Below, in pieces: positions 1 through 7,957 of a DNA stretch of 64,000 nt. Numbering within the stretch: position 1 is the first letter of the stretch; every line of letters begins with the position of its first letter. The position numbers were made by a program, and so were the translations under genes. The notes under the pieces were generated by a model. It made no database searches and was not told the DNA's origin. It worked only from the letters and a program-made list of their open reading frames with translations. Origin of the DNA: a virus (lineage: Duplodnaviria > Caudoviricetes); the IMG/VR virus record IMGVR_UViG_3300017791_000355, positions 32,001 through 96,000 of that record. One strand, written 5' to 3'.

Positions 1-67
1 TGGTCTGTTGACTCACAGTCGGAGTCGAGAAGTCAACCGCCAGACCAGGCGTTCCGACAGGTCACAT

Positions 68-140
68 AGGTCGCGCATGCTGGGCATGGCTTCGGCACCA
101 AACCGAATGCAGGTGGGTTCGATTCCTACGCGGCCTGCCA
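68..140 (+). tRNA. tRNA-Trp(CCA), non-canonical (A33, no U8)
   Basis: Acceptor AGGTCGC/GCGGCCT, anticodon stem TTCGG/CCGAA with loop CA-CCA-AA, T-loop TTCGATT, G73, encoded CCA. Confidence 0.8.
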
Positions 141-141
141 T

Positions 142-213
142 CGCAGACAGGCATGGTGTTCGACGCGGCTCATATCCGCGGTCGCGAGGGTTCGATTCTC
201 TCGTCTGCGACCA
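142..213 (+). tRNA. tRNA-Met/Ile2(CAT)
   Basis: Acceptor CGCAGAC/GTCTGCG, CGCGG-CTCATAT-CCGCG, T-loop TTCGATT, encoded CCA; reduced D arm. Confidence 0.8.
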
Positions 214-314
214 CTTTCGACTTCGCACAATGGCCGGCAGGCGCCTAAGAACTGCACGCAAACCGCGTCGCTCTCAGGCGACGATGTTAGGCGGCGGGGT
301 CGCGAGAAAAACAT

Positions 315-386
315 CAGAGCGTAGCGAAGCGGTATCGTACTCGGCCCGGAACCGAGGGATCGCAGGTTCGAATCCTGCCGCTCTGA
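315..386 (+). tRNA. tRNA-Pro(CGG)
   Basis: Acceptor CAGAGCG/CGCTCTG, CTCGG-CCCGGAA-CCGAG, GGTTCGAATCC; C33. Confidence 0.85.
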
Positions 387-392
387 CGACAT

Positions 393-461
393 GGCGAGAG
401 TCCTGGGAGACAGACGAGGCCTACACCCTTGTCTTGCTCGGTTCGATTCCGAGTCTCGCTA
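393..461 (+). tRNA. tRNA-Val(TAC), non-canonical
   Basis: Acceptor GGCGAGA/TCTCGCT, extended anticodon stem GACGAGG/CCTTGTC with loop CC-TAC-AC, GGTTCGATTCC; D stem abuts the acceptor stem. Confidence 0.75.
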
Positions 462-468
462 CTGATTC

Positions 469-540
469 CCGCCCATAGCACAACAGTAAGTGCAGTCGCT
501 TGATAAGCGATTGATCGAGGTGCAACTCCTCGTGGGCGGA
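469..540 (+). tRNA. tRNA-Ile(GAT)
   Basis: Acceptor CCGCCCA/TGGGCGG, GTCGC-TTGATAA-GCGAT; variant T-loop TGCAACT. Confidence 0.85.
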
Positions 541-542
541 CT

Positions 543-614
543 GTGGCCGTGTTCCAACGGTCAAGATGTCTGGTTGTGTCCCAGACGATCGGGGTTCGAT
601 TCCCCGCGGCCACC
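543..614 (+). tRNA. tRNA-His(GTG)
   Basis: Acceptor GTGGCCG/CGGCCAC, C73, TCTGG-TTGTGTC-CCAGA, GGTTCGATTCC; G-1 not encoded. Confidence 0.85.
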
Positions 615-641
615 CGAACACGCTAAACCAAGGAGAGGAAG

Positions 642-1175
642 ATGTCCGACGCGCAAGTACTCGTGCTCGATCAGTCGTACCGACCTCTCCAGGTCGTGCA
701 CTGGACTGCTGCAATCACGATGCTCTTTACGTCCAAGGCCGAGGTCGTCGCCGAGTACGACGGCTTCGTTCGCTCGCAGTTGCTCGTGATCAAGATGCCG
801 GCGGTGATTCGCCTGCTCAACGCGTTCCGGCGTCGGAGCAAGAAGGTCAAGTTCTCGCGCGTGAACATCTACGCTCGCGACAACTACGAGTGCCAGTACT
901 GCGGTGAGCGCAAGCGGATGGGCGAGCTCACGTACGACCACGTCGTGCCGCGCTCGCAGGGAGGCAAGACGGACTGGACGAACATTGTGTCGTGCTGCAC
1001 AGAGTGCAACGCGAAGAAGGCGAACCGGACGCCGGAGCAGGCGCGCATGCGGCTGCGCAAGCGACCTGTACAGCCGACGCAGGAGCCCGCGATCGTGCTC
1101 CAGCTCTCGCGGGACAACGTGCCGGACGCGTGGAGGGACTACCTGTACTGGACTTCGGAGTTGGAGCAGGGATGA
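642..1175 (+). CDS. HNH endonuclease (McrA/HNH_5 type)
   Basis: RDNYECQYCG...TYDHVVPRSQGG...NIVSCCTECNAKK; strong RBS AGGAGAGG. Confidence 0.9.
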   Translation: MSDAQVLVLDQSYRPLQVVHWTAAITMLFTSKAEVVAEYDGFVRSQLLVIKMPAVIRLLNAFRRRSKKVKFSRVNIYARDNYECQYCGERKRMGELTYDHVVPRSQGGKTDWTNIVSCCTECNAKKANRTPEQARMRLRKRPVQPTQEPAIVLQLSRDNVPDAWRDYLYWTSELEQG

Positions 1176-1351
1176 CCTTCGCGCAGCACCTCGAGCTCGC
1201 GCGCGGCAGCCTGACGAAGGCGCGTCGCGAGTACATCCGCGAGCGAATGTGGCGTGGTGATGAGTGGTACGAGGAGTGGCTGCGAGGCCTCGGCGACGAG
1301 GTCGAGAGCGCGGCGAGACAGTTCGGGTCGTCGAGCAGAGTGGTGAGATGA
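1172..1351 (+). CDS. small hypothetical protein
   Basis: ATGA overlap with the HNH stop; 59 aa. Confidence 0.5.
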   Translation: MTFAQHLELARGSLTKARREYIRERMWRGDEWYEEWLRGLGDEVESAARQFGSSSRVVR

Positions 1352-1354
1352 CAC

Positions 1355-1566
1355 CTAGTGGGGTGTGCGCCACGATGAAGCGAAACGACCAAGTCCCCGT
1401 CGACGATGATTTTCCAAGTTGATCGTTGGGTCGTCGACGGGGGCGGTGCACTAGTTCGTAAAGCCGAAGCCCGTCGAGGTAGCGCCTCGATAGGTGAAGG
1501 CACGGCGCCCGAGGGGGAACCTCACCGCTAAGCGGAGCCGCAAGAGCCGTTGAGTCGGCCTCGGGT
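1355..1566 (+). ncRNA. putative structured non-coding RNA in the tRNA array
   Basis: Nested stems CTAGTG/CACTAG, 13-bp CCCCGTCGACGAT/GTCGTCGACGGGG, TCGAGG/CCTCGA, CCCGAGG/CCTCGGG; no credible ORF. Confidence 0.45.
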
Positions 1567-1569
1567 ATT

Positions 1570-1643
1570 GGGTCTGTAGCTCTCTGGTTGAGGGCGCTTG
1601 ATTGTCGATCAAGATCAGGCGGGTTCGATCCCCGTTAGGCCCG
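1570..1643 (+). tRNA. tRNA-Asp(GTC)
   Basis: Acceptor GGGTCTG/TAGGCCC, CTTGA-TTGTCGA-TCAAG, GGTTCGATCCC, G73. Confidence 0.85.
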
Positions 1644-1648
1644 CGTTC

Positions 1649-1722
1649 GGGTAGGCATGTTCCAAGGAGGCGAGCTGCACTTGCAATGCGGCTGTTGGTC
1701 GGTTCGATTCCGATCCTATCCA
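1649..1722 (+). tRNA. tRNA-Ala(TGC)
   Basis: Acceptor GGGTAGG/CCTATCC with G3:U70, GCTGCA-CTTGCAA-TGCGGC, A73. Confidence 0.8.
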
Positions 1723-1820
1723 CAATGACGAGAGGTTCGACTCCTCTGAAACTTGGAGCGTCAGAAACCGTGTGCCGCATGTTCGACTCGTGCATTCGGC
1801 GGATCCGAGCACACGTCACT

Positions 1821-1890
1821 GCTCCGAGTCTGTGGTCAGCACGCAGTCCTTGGTATGGACAGCGGCGCGGTTCGATTCCGCGACGGAGCT
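1821..1890 (+). tRNA. tRNA-Thr(GGT)
   Basis: Acceptor GCTCCG/CGGAGC, GTCC-TTGGTAT-GGAC, CGCGG-TTCGATT-CCGCG. Confidence 0.75.
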
Positions 1891-1974
1891 CCGACGTAAG
1901 CACGACGTGATGGGTTTTCGGTGGTTTCCCAGAAAGCCGAGACCGGCAGGTACGTGCATACTGCCCGGCAACAT

Positions 1975-2048
1975 TCAGGCGTAGTTCAATTGGTAGAACC
2001 GGAGGCCTTGACCCTCTGTGTGCGTGGGTTCGAACCCTACCGCCTGAA
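1975..2048 (+). tRNA. tRNA-Gln(TTG)
   Basis: Acceptor TCAGGCG/CGCCTGA, canonical D arm, GGAGG-CCTTGAC-CCTCT; C33. Confidence 0.85.
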
Positions 2049-2171
2049 CTCTCCCGGGTAGCAACCGGAAGCCGACATCGATGGCAGGCCTCATGAACCT
2101 GCGGGAGAGTGTCGGCGGGACTAGGTCCGGAGTCGCGCTCCACTGGACGGAGTCATGCCCGTCCTGACGAT

Positions 2172-2247
2172 GCACTGGCGTGGCAGGACCACACGGCCGA
2201 TTGCAACCCGGCTCGGCGTTAGGGTGCGAGACCCTCCCAGTGCTCCA
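2172..2247 (+). tRNA. tRNA-Cys(GCA)
   Basis: Acceptor GCACTGG/CCAGTGC, U73, encoded CCA, loop TT-GCA-AC; variant T-loop TGCGAGA. Confidence 0.75.
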
Positions 2248-2248
2248 C

Positions 2249-2316
2249 ACCTTGCACGATGGATCGAACCCGGAGCTTCTAACTCTGGCGGCCCGGTTCA
2301 ATTCCGGGGCGAGGTA
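2249..2316 (+). tRNA. tRNA-Arg(TCT), short D arm
   Basis: Acceptor ACCTTGC/GCGAGGT, CCGGAG-CTTCTAA-CTCTGG, GGTTCAATTCC. Confidence 0.75.
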
Positions 2317-2327
2317 CTATCTCGACC

Positions 2328-2636
2328 ATGATGAGGGCCACGATGTTCTTGATCGTCCTGACCGGGTGTCCGACGAAGCAGGAAGAGGCACAGGTGAAGC
2401 GCGAACTCGAGGAGGAGACCAAGAAGGCAGAGGTTGAGTTCAACCAGAAGGTCATCGACGAGGCGATCGCACAGTACCAGATGGTTGCGCGGGCCGGACT
2501 GAAGCAGGAGATGTGTCTCCGTGCCGGCATCGTGGTTGAGGCCCACCTCCAGGCGAAGCAGGAGGAGGACTGGCGGGTGTGGAAGCAGATCCAGTACAGG
2601 GACTGTAAGAAGGCCGGCATCCCGGTCATGAAGTAG
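2328..2636 (+). CDS. putative lipoprotein
   Basis: Signal peptide with lipobox LTGC; helical body. Confidence 0.65.
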   Translation: MMRATMFLIVLTGCPTKQEEAQVKRELEEETKKAEVEFNQKVIDEAIAQYQMVARAGLKQEMCLRAGIVVEAHLQAKQEEDWRVWKQIQYRDCKKAGIPVMK

Positions 2637-2639
2637 TTC

Positions 2640-2708
2640 GCTCTTGACCGAGGACGTTGACCGGGTTTCCTAAACCTGGATCCGCAGGTTCGATTCCTGC
2701 CAGGAGCA
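2640..2708 (+). tRNA. tRNA-Arg(CCT), degenerate D arm
   Basis: Acceptor GCTCTTG/CAGGAGC, CCGGGT-TTCCTAA-ACCTGG, GCAGG-TTCGATT-CCTGC. Confidence 0.75.
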
Positions 2709-2771
2709 CGGGGGTGGCGTTGCTACAACGCAAAGCGAGCGTCGAGCGCACGATGTCTCGCCCTCCACCAA

Positions 2772-2839
2772 GTCTCCGCGCATGGACGCGACTCGGGCCT
2801 CCGAAGCTCGACGAGCGGGTTCGATCCCCGCCGGTGACA
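2772..2839 (+). tRNA. tRNA-Arg(CCG)
   Basis: Acceptor GTCTCCG/CGGTGAC (1 mismatch), TCGGGC-CTCCGAA-GCTCGA, GCGGG-TTCGATC-CCCGC. Confidence 0.7.
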
Positions 2840-2843
2840 CTTC

Positions 2844-2916
2844 GGCGTCGGTTCACTACTGGTGTGGTCGTCGGATTTTCAACCCGACCCTCGGAGTTCG
2901 ATTCTCCCCGACGTCA
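2844..2916 (+). tRNA. tRNA-Glu(TTC)
   Basis: Acceptor GGCGTCG/CGACGTC, GTCGG(A)-TTTTCAA-(C)CCGAC, GGAG-TTCGATT-CTCC. Confidence 0.7.
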
Positions 2917-3038
2917 CTAACTAGGTCGTCATCATCACTCGCTATTCAAGAAAGTGAGCGCATGCGCACGCTTTGTGAAAGCGGAGCCGGGGTCCGGAGG
3001 TTGTACCTGGACACCGTTACCTATCACAAAGGAACTGC

Positions 3039-4379
3039 ATGAAGATGTTCAAGTTGTCACTGCTCATGGTCTGCGTACTTGCTTGGCCCGTCGCTGCCGC
3101 AACACCAGACAGCGTTGGAAACAACGACAAACTCGCCAGCGGCTACGATGCAACGTGCATCATCGAGGGTACGACGCTCTATTGCTGGGGCCCGAACGCG
3201 ATGGGAGCCGTCGGTGACGGGACCACGACTGCGAGGTCGAACGCGAATCAGTATCAGCACAGTGGTTCGTGGAAGTCGGTCTCCAGTAACTGGGGACACA
3301 CGTGCGCGATCAACTCGAGCGACGAACTGTATTGCTGGGGCAAGAACGATAACGGGCAGCTCGGGCAGGGCGACTTGACCGATCGTAGCTCGCCTACCCG
3401 CGTCGGAACCGCCACCTACTATCGCGTCGCGAACGGCTCGCAACACACGTGCGCGATCCGCAAGTCACCGAACGCGAATACCGACGGCAACGGTAACTCC
3501 GACATGTATTGCTTCGGTGACAATGCATACGGTCAGGTTGGCGACGGGACGACGACCGACCGCACCACCCCGACTCTCGCCAGTGTCAAGTCGGTCTTCG
3601 TGGCCGCCGGGTGGGGGCACACGTGCATCATCACGGCGACGTCCGGAACTACTCGCATCCTCTCTTGCGTCGGACAAAACAACTACGGTCAGCTCGGGGA
3701 CAACACGACGACGAATAATTCGGCGTGGCAGGCGCCTCGAAAGTCGGATGGCACCGCCATCACGATGAACTACGTCAGCAAGCTCGCCGCCAACACCTAT
3801 CAGACGTGCGTGATTGGCGGACTGACTTCGACGAACTCCGAACTTCGCTGCTGGGGCAACAACAGTCAGAGCGCGGTCGGGGATCCGTCGGCGTCGTTCG
3901 TGAAGTACGTCCCGACGTCAGCGAAGTGCATGCCGTCAGCGGCGCACTTCGGACGCACCTCGATTGGCTGGAACATCTGCAGTGGCTTCACTGAGGTATC
4001 TGTCGGGTACCAGCACGTCGTGTCGATCTGGGACGCCACGTGGACGCAGCAGAATCCATTCTACGCGTACCACGAGGGACTGCACGTCGTAGGCATGGGC
4101 TGGGGTGCCTTCGATCAGTTTGCCCAGTACGGTAGCGGGTCCGGTTTCAACTCGACGTCAAACTTGGTCGTGTTCGATGAGCCTGACGGCTCCTGTTACA
4201 ACGATAACTGCAGCGGTGTCGCTGGTTACACGGGATATGCGCTCGGTGTCGCGGGCGGGTGGTACCGGTCCTTCGGTTACTACGCCGTGCATGCCTTCCG
4301 CGAGTACGGTACCGACACTTCGTATCCGTCACCTCCCTGGCTTCAGTCCGTCATCGACGCTCAGGGTTGGGAGTACTGA
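3039..4379 (+). CDS. secreted RCC1/BLIP-II repeat beta-propeller protein
   Basis: Signal peptide; repeated HTCA...LYCWGxNxxGQLGDG motifs. Confidence 0.85.
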   Translation: MKMFKLSLLMVCVLAWPVAAATPDSVGNNDKLASGYDATCIIEGTTLYCWGPNAMGAVGDGTTTARSNANQYQHSGSWKSVSSNWGHTCAINSSDELYCWGKNDNGQLGQGDLTDRSSPTRVGTATYYRVANGSQHTCAIRKSPNANTDGNGNSDMYCFGDNAYGQVGDGTTTDRTTPTLASVKSVFVAAGWGHTCIITATSGTTRILSCVGQNNYGQLGDNTTTNNSAWQAPRKSDGTAITMNYVSKLAANTYQTCVIGGLTSTNSELRCWGNNSQSAVGDPSASFVKYVPTSAKCMPSAAHFGRTSIGWNICSGFTEVSVGYQHVVSIWDATWTQQNPFYAYHEGLHVVGMGWGAFDQFAQYGSGSGFNSTSNLVVFDEPDGSCYNDNCSGVAGYTGYALGVAGGWYRSFGYYAVHAFREYGTDTSYPSPPWLQSVIDAQGWEY

Positions 4380-4380
4380 C

Positions 4381-4875
4381 CTATCGAGGAGCGAGTTGCA
4401 GGTCGAACTCAATCGACGCGGGCTCGTTCTCGTAAGTCACCAACGTCCACGTCATCTTCCCGCGCCAGACACCCGCATCGTCCACGACGAGCGTGGTGGG
4501 CTGGCGCGCGCCCGTAGAGTCCTGAATGACAGTACCGGGAACCTGAACCCTAAGATGTTGATCATCGACTGTAGTTGACGGGACCGAACTCTCGAATTCG
4601 TGACTGTCGGGCGCGAATCGCCACAGCGGGAGGTCCCAGTAGTTCTCCTGCTCCACCCACCCAACAGTATCTCGAGTGAAGAAGTTGCAGAGCTCCGGCG
4701 TGCAGTCGATCGGCTGTCTCGAGTCGCCGTTGACCTTGGCGATGAGTGTCGGGTGGAGCCACCGCAGCTCGTACCGCGGTGCCCACGGAAAGACCTCGAG
4801 AGGCATCGGTTCCGGCTTTGGTTCTTGAGATACGCACGCGGCGACGAAGACCGCAGAAGTCACGACTTTCAGCAC
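4381..4875 (-). CDS. putative lipoprotein
   Basis: Lipobox VAAC after a hydrophobic N-terminus. Confidence 0.6.
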   Translation of the reverse strand: MLKVVTSAVFVAACVSQEPKPEPMPLEVFPWAPRYELRWLHPTLIAKVNGDSRQPIDCTPELCNFFTRDTVGWVEQENYWDLPLWRFAPDSHEFESSVPSTTVDDQHLRVQVPGTVIQDSTGARQPTTLVVDDAGVWRGKMTWTLVTYENEPASIEFDLQLAPR

Positions 4876-5035
4876 GCACTCATCCTAGACCCTGCCTCCG
4901 ACGAAGATCAAGCTCGAACGCGTTCCCTGGACGAACCGACGAACGTCGGCTAAACAAGAGCATCGTGTTCTCCATCTCATCCCAGTCGAGTACGTCGCGC
5001 TCCGCGAGCTCCCGCTCGTCGGCGCGCTAACTCCT

Positions 5036-5123
5036 GGAGCATGAGGTGGGCGGGTGCCCACACCCGTCTCGAAAACGGGCCCACGGCCGAGAGGTCGTGC
5101 GGGTTCGAGTCCTGCTTGCTCCG
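5036..5123 (+). tRNA. tRNA-Ser(CGA), 8/4-compatible with Sec-like 6-bp D stem
   Basis: GGAGCATG/CTTGCTCC, D stem GTGGGC-GGGT-GCCCAC, CCCGT-CTCGAAA-ACGGG, long variable arm CACGGCC-GAGA-GGTCGTG, G73. Confidence 0.8.
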
Positions 5124-5129
5124 CTATCT

Positions 5130-5212
5130 GGAAGGTAAACCGGCGAGGAGCCGGCGCCGGCCGCTACCCGGTTGGGACCGACAGGTCTGGGCTTCGAGTG
5201 CTCTGCCTTCCA
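5130..5212 (+). tRNA. 8/4 tRNA-Ser(GCT), allo-tRNA-like
   Basis: 8-bp acceptor GGAAGGTA/TGCCTTCC, 4-bp T stem GGGC-TTCGAGT-GCTC, D stem CCGGC/GCCGG, GCCGG-CCGCTAC-CCGGT, variable arm GACC/GGTC. Confidence 0.8.
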
Positions 5213-5253
5213 CGAATTGAAAGTGCAGACTCGCATCAGCGGTTTCTCAACAG

Positions 5254-5658
5254 ATGCCAGAGAACAGCGATCCTCCCGGAAACCCGCTGAGCGCACTGCT
5301 CGGACGACCGTCTGAATCGGATGAGTCCAAGAAGCAGAAGGGCAAGCCGAAGGTCGAGAAACCGAAGTCGCTTGACCTGATGCACGCCGAATCAGGTTTG
5401 CCTGATCTCGACGCCGAGATCGTGAAGTCACCTGGTCCGCAGCCACCATTCCCTGTCGGAATGCAGGTCCGCTACGGCGGCTCGCGTCGACTATTCGCGG
5501 GCTGGGAGCTCAGCATGATCCTCGTCCCAGGCATGGAGTTCAAGATTGAGGAAGTCGTCGGCCGCTACAGTGTGGTCGTGACTGACGTCTACGGCGTCCG
5601 TTATGACATGCTCATCTCCGACGAGAACAAGGCCGAGTGGTCTCTGGTACAGAGGTGA
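5254..5658 (+). CDS. hypothetical protein
   Basis: ORF 134 aa. Confidence 0.55.
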   Translation: MPENSDPPGNPLSALLGRPSESDESKKQKGKPKVEKPKSLDLMHAESGLPDLDAEIVKSPGPQPPFPVGMQVRYGGSRRLFAGWELSMILVPGMEFKIEEVVGRYSVVVTDVYGVRYDMLISDENKAEWSLVQR

Positions 5659-5912
5659 AGGTCGAGGACATCTCGTGGTGCTCGGACGATTCGGAGACGC
5701 GACGCGTCGTTGCTCAGGTCGTAGGATGCGCGAAGACGTGGCGAGAGACAGAGTGCATGTTCGCGAAGACCACTCTCGGAGTCCCGGAGTGTCATCGCTG
5801 TAACGGCGAGAATCATCGCGAGAACTGTCCGGTCGAACTCACACGCCAGGACCTCATCGCCGCGCTCGACAAGTTCGACGCGCACAAGGTTCGGATACTA
5901 GACCGTTGGTAG
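5655..5912 (+). CDS. hypothetical Cys-rich protein
   Basis: GTGA overlap with the upstream stop; CxxC and HxxxC motifs. Confidence 0.5.
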   Translation: MKVEDISWCSDDSETRRVVAQVVGCAKTWRETECMFAKTTLGVPECHRCNGENHRENCPVELTRQDLIAALDKFDAHKVRILDRW

Positions 5913-5921
5913 ACGCTTAGT

Positions 5922-5953
5922 TGCAAGTATCGTGCCAGGGGCGTACCCTGGAC
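5922..5953. promoter_or_regulatory. reverse sigma54 consensus overlapping a CCAGG-N7-CCTGGAC palindrome, upstream of the head operon
   Basis: Minus strand TGGCACG-ATAC-TTGCA (5937-5922); palindrome 5933-5953 ends 1 nt before the GTG at 5955. Confidence 0.6.
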
Positions 5954-5954
5954 G

Positions 5955-7394
5955 GTGCTTCTCGACGTACATCACGATAGACTCCCCGCACTTGCGGCCC
6001 CGCTGGTCGCGCGCGTATTCCAGGGACGTGCCGCTCGCGTTCACAGTCGCGGGGACGGTCTTCGGTATCGCCTGCGAGACGGCTCCTATCGTGAGGAGTT
6101 GCGCGATCAGGCCGAGCTCGAGCGCGTGGTTCGCCAATTGGTGGGCAAGCCGGTCTGCTTGCTGCACCCGGACTCGTCCGAGCAGAATCACCGCGGAGTA
6201 ATCGCTGACGGGGCGACGGCCGACATCATTGGCCGAATCGTCGCGGCCCGACTGGTCGACGGCTACGCCGTCGTCGACATCGCCGTCACCGCGAGTCACG
6301 GGATCGACGCCGTTGAACGAGGCATCCGCGAGCTCTCGCTAACCTATCGCTGCGACCTCGACGACGCCGGTTATCAGCGAAACACCGAGGTCGACCACCT
6401 CGCGGTCCTGCCCCGCGGCCGATGCGGCGCTGGTTGCGCGGTTCGGGCGGACTGCGACGGGGCCGAGGACTGCGGTTGCGAGATCAACACCGACGGAAAC
6501 CTCAGCGCGCGCGAGCGGCGCTCCCTGGACGACTCCTTCGCCGTTCCAGAGAACGAGGGTCTACCGATCCACGATCAGGAGCATCCCGCTGGAGTCCAGG
6601 GATGTGCGTGCAAGGGTCTTGCCAAGTCCCTGGACGTCGGTCAATCTGCAATTCACATGCCAACGGCATCGGACACGGACAAGGACAAGGCGCCCATGGA
6701 CGAACTCCAGAGGAAGCTCGCCGAGGCTCAGGCCGAGGCCAACGCGCAGAAGGTTCGCGCTGACCAGGCCGAGGCGGCCCGTGACGCAGCTCGGCTCGAG
6801 GCTCTCGAGAATCGCTCCGAGGCGAAGACTGCCGAGACCGAGCGCACTCGTGCGGACCAGGCCGAACAGGGTCTGAAGGTCGCGAACGAGCAGATCAAGA
6901 CTCTCACCGCTCAGTTCGAGACCCAGAAGACCCGCGCCGACGAGGCCGAGCGTCTTCGCGCCGACGAGGCCGCCAGTGTCGACGCTCGCATCGATGCAGC
7001 TGTCGACGTGAAGGTCGCACTGATCGCCGAGGCAGCACCGATCATCGGCAAGAACGAGAAGGGCGAGGCCGTCGATCTCTCGAAGATGAGTGATCGCGCG
7101 ATCAAGTGCGCGGTCGTTCTGCGCGTCGACGGTGTCGACCTCGAGACCCTCGACCCGAAGCCCAGTGCCGACTTTGTGTCCGGCGCCTACGCAGGTGCTG
7201 TCAAGCGCCACGCTCGCGTCGCGTCCTCGCGCGCGGCAGTCGAGAAGGACGTCGCCGTCATGATCGACTCGTCCAAGGTCGAGTCGAAGGGTGACGAGGT
7301 CACGGGTTCGGAAGCCGAGAAGCGCGGCACCGACAAGATTCGCAACAGCCTGAGCTCGGCGTGGAAGAAGCCCGCGCAGAAGGACAAGGAGTAG
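5955..7394 (+). CDS. capsid maturation protease/scaffold (DUF2213-like)
   Basis: ELSLTYRC, DHLAVLPRGRCG motifs; coiled-coil scaffold with RAD repeats; position before capsid genes. Confidence 0.85.
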   Translation: MLLDVHHDRLPALAAPLVARVFQGRAARVHSRGDGLRYRLRDGSYREELRDQAELERVVRQLVGKPVCLLHPDSSEQNHRGVIADGATADIIGRIVAARLVDGYAVVDIAVTASHGIDAVERGIRELSLTYRCDLDDAGYQRNTEVDHLAVLPRGRCGAGCAVRADCDGAEDCGCEINTDGNLSARERRSLDDSFAVPENEGLPIHDQEHPAGVQGCACKGLAKSLDVGQSAIHMPTASDTDKDKAPMDELQRKLAEAQAEANAQKVRADQAEAARDAARLEALENRSEAKTAETERTRADQAEQGLKVANEQIKTLTAQFETQKTRADEAERLRADEAASVDARIDAAVDVKVALIAEAAPIIGKNEKGEAVDLSKMSDRAIKCAVVLRVDGVDLETLDPKPSADFVSGAYAGAVKRHARVASSRAAVEKDVAVMIDSSKVESKGDEVTGSEAEKRGTDKIRNSLSSAWKKPAQKDKE

Positions 7395-7398
7395 ACCC

Positions 7399-7932
7399 AT
7401 GGGTCAGCAGACCACTTACAGTACGATGCCGGCCATCGGGTACTCCGGCACCCTGGACAAGAACGCCCCGTTCAAGTGTCTGACGATGGTGAACGCCGAG
7501 GCCACCTCGGCGATCCCGTTCGGCAAGGGCGTGAAGCGCAAGTCGGGCGCGACGACCGACTTCCAGGCGACTTTTCCAGCCGCTCAGGGCGACAAGATTC
7601 TCGGCATTGTCGAGCGTCTCACGACCTACGCGCGTACCTGGACGGACGCCGACGGCAACACGCTCGGTCAGCTCAACGCGACCGGTCTCGTTCCCGGCAC
7701 GATGATGAGTGTCGCGACCGAGGGTCGCATGCTCGTGACTGTCGCGACTGGCTGCACTGCGGGTCAGGGACTTCACATCTACGCCGTCGCGAACGCCGGC
7801 AAGGTTCCCGGTGACATCGCGAACGCGGCCGACAGCACGAACACGGTCGACTGCACCACGCAGGCTCGGTTCGAGTCGTCGTGCGCTGCCGGCGGACTCG
7901 CCTGGCTCGTCTTCGACTTCGCGAACATCTAG
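7399..7932 (+). CDS. head decoration/cement protein
   Basis: Between protease and MCP; IPFGKGV...GRMLV pattern. Confidence 0.7.
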   Translation: MGQQTTYSTMPAIGYSGTLDKNAPFKCLTMVNAEATSAIPFGKGVKRKSGATTDFQATFPAAQGDKILGIVERLTTYARTWTDADGNTLGQLNATGLVPGTMMSVATEGRMLVTVATGCTAGQGLHIYAVANAGKVPGDIANAADSTNTVDCTTQARFESSCAAGGLAWLVFDFANI

Positions 7933-7957
7933 TCCGCTCACTTAGAGGAACTGACCG

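Noticed and set aside
1372-1395. Hammerhead ribozyme (GATGA...GAAAC)
   Set aside because: Core reads CGATGA rather than CTGANGA, and there is no stem II.
1726-2170. tmRNA
   Set aside because: T-loops and a pseudoknot are present, but no Ala-type acceptor enclosing them and no tag reading frame.
2249-2708. Amber suppressor (CTA) reading of the two Arg tRNAs
   Set aside because: Symmetric 6-bp stems centre TCT and CCT in 7-nt loops; genes in the window end normally at TAG, TGA and TAA, so there is no sign of recoding.
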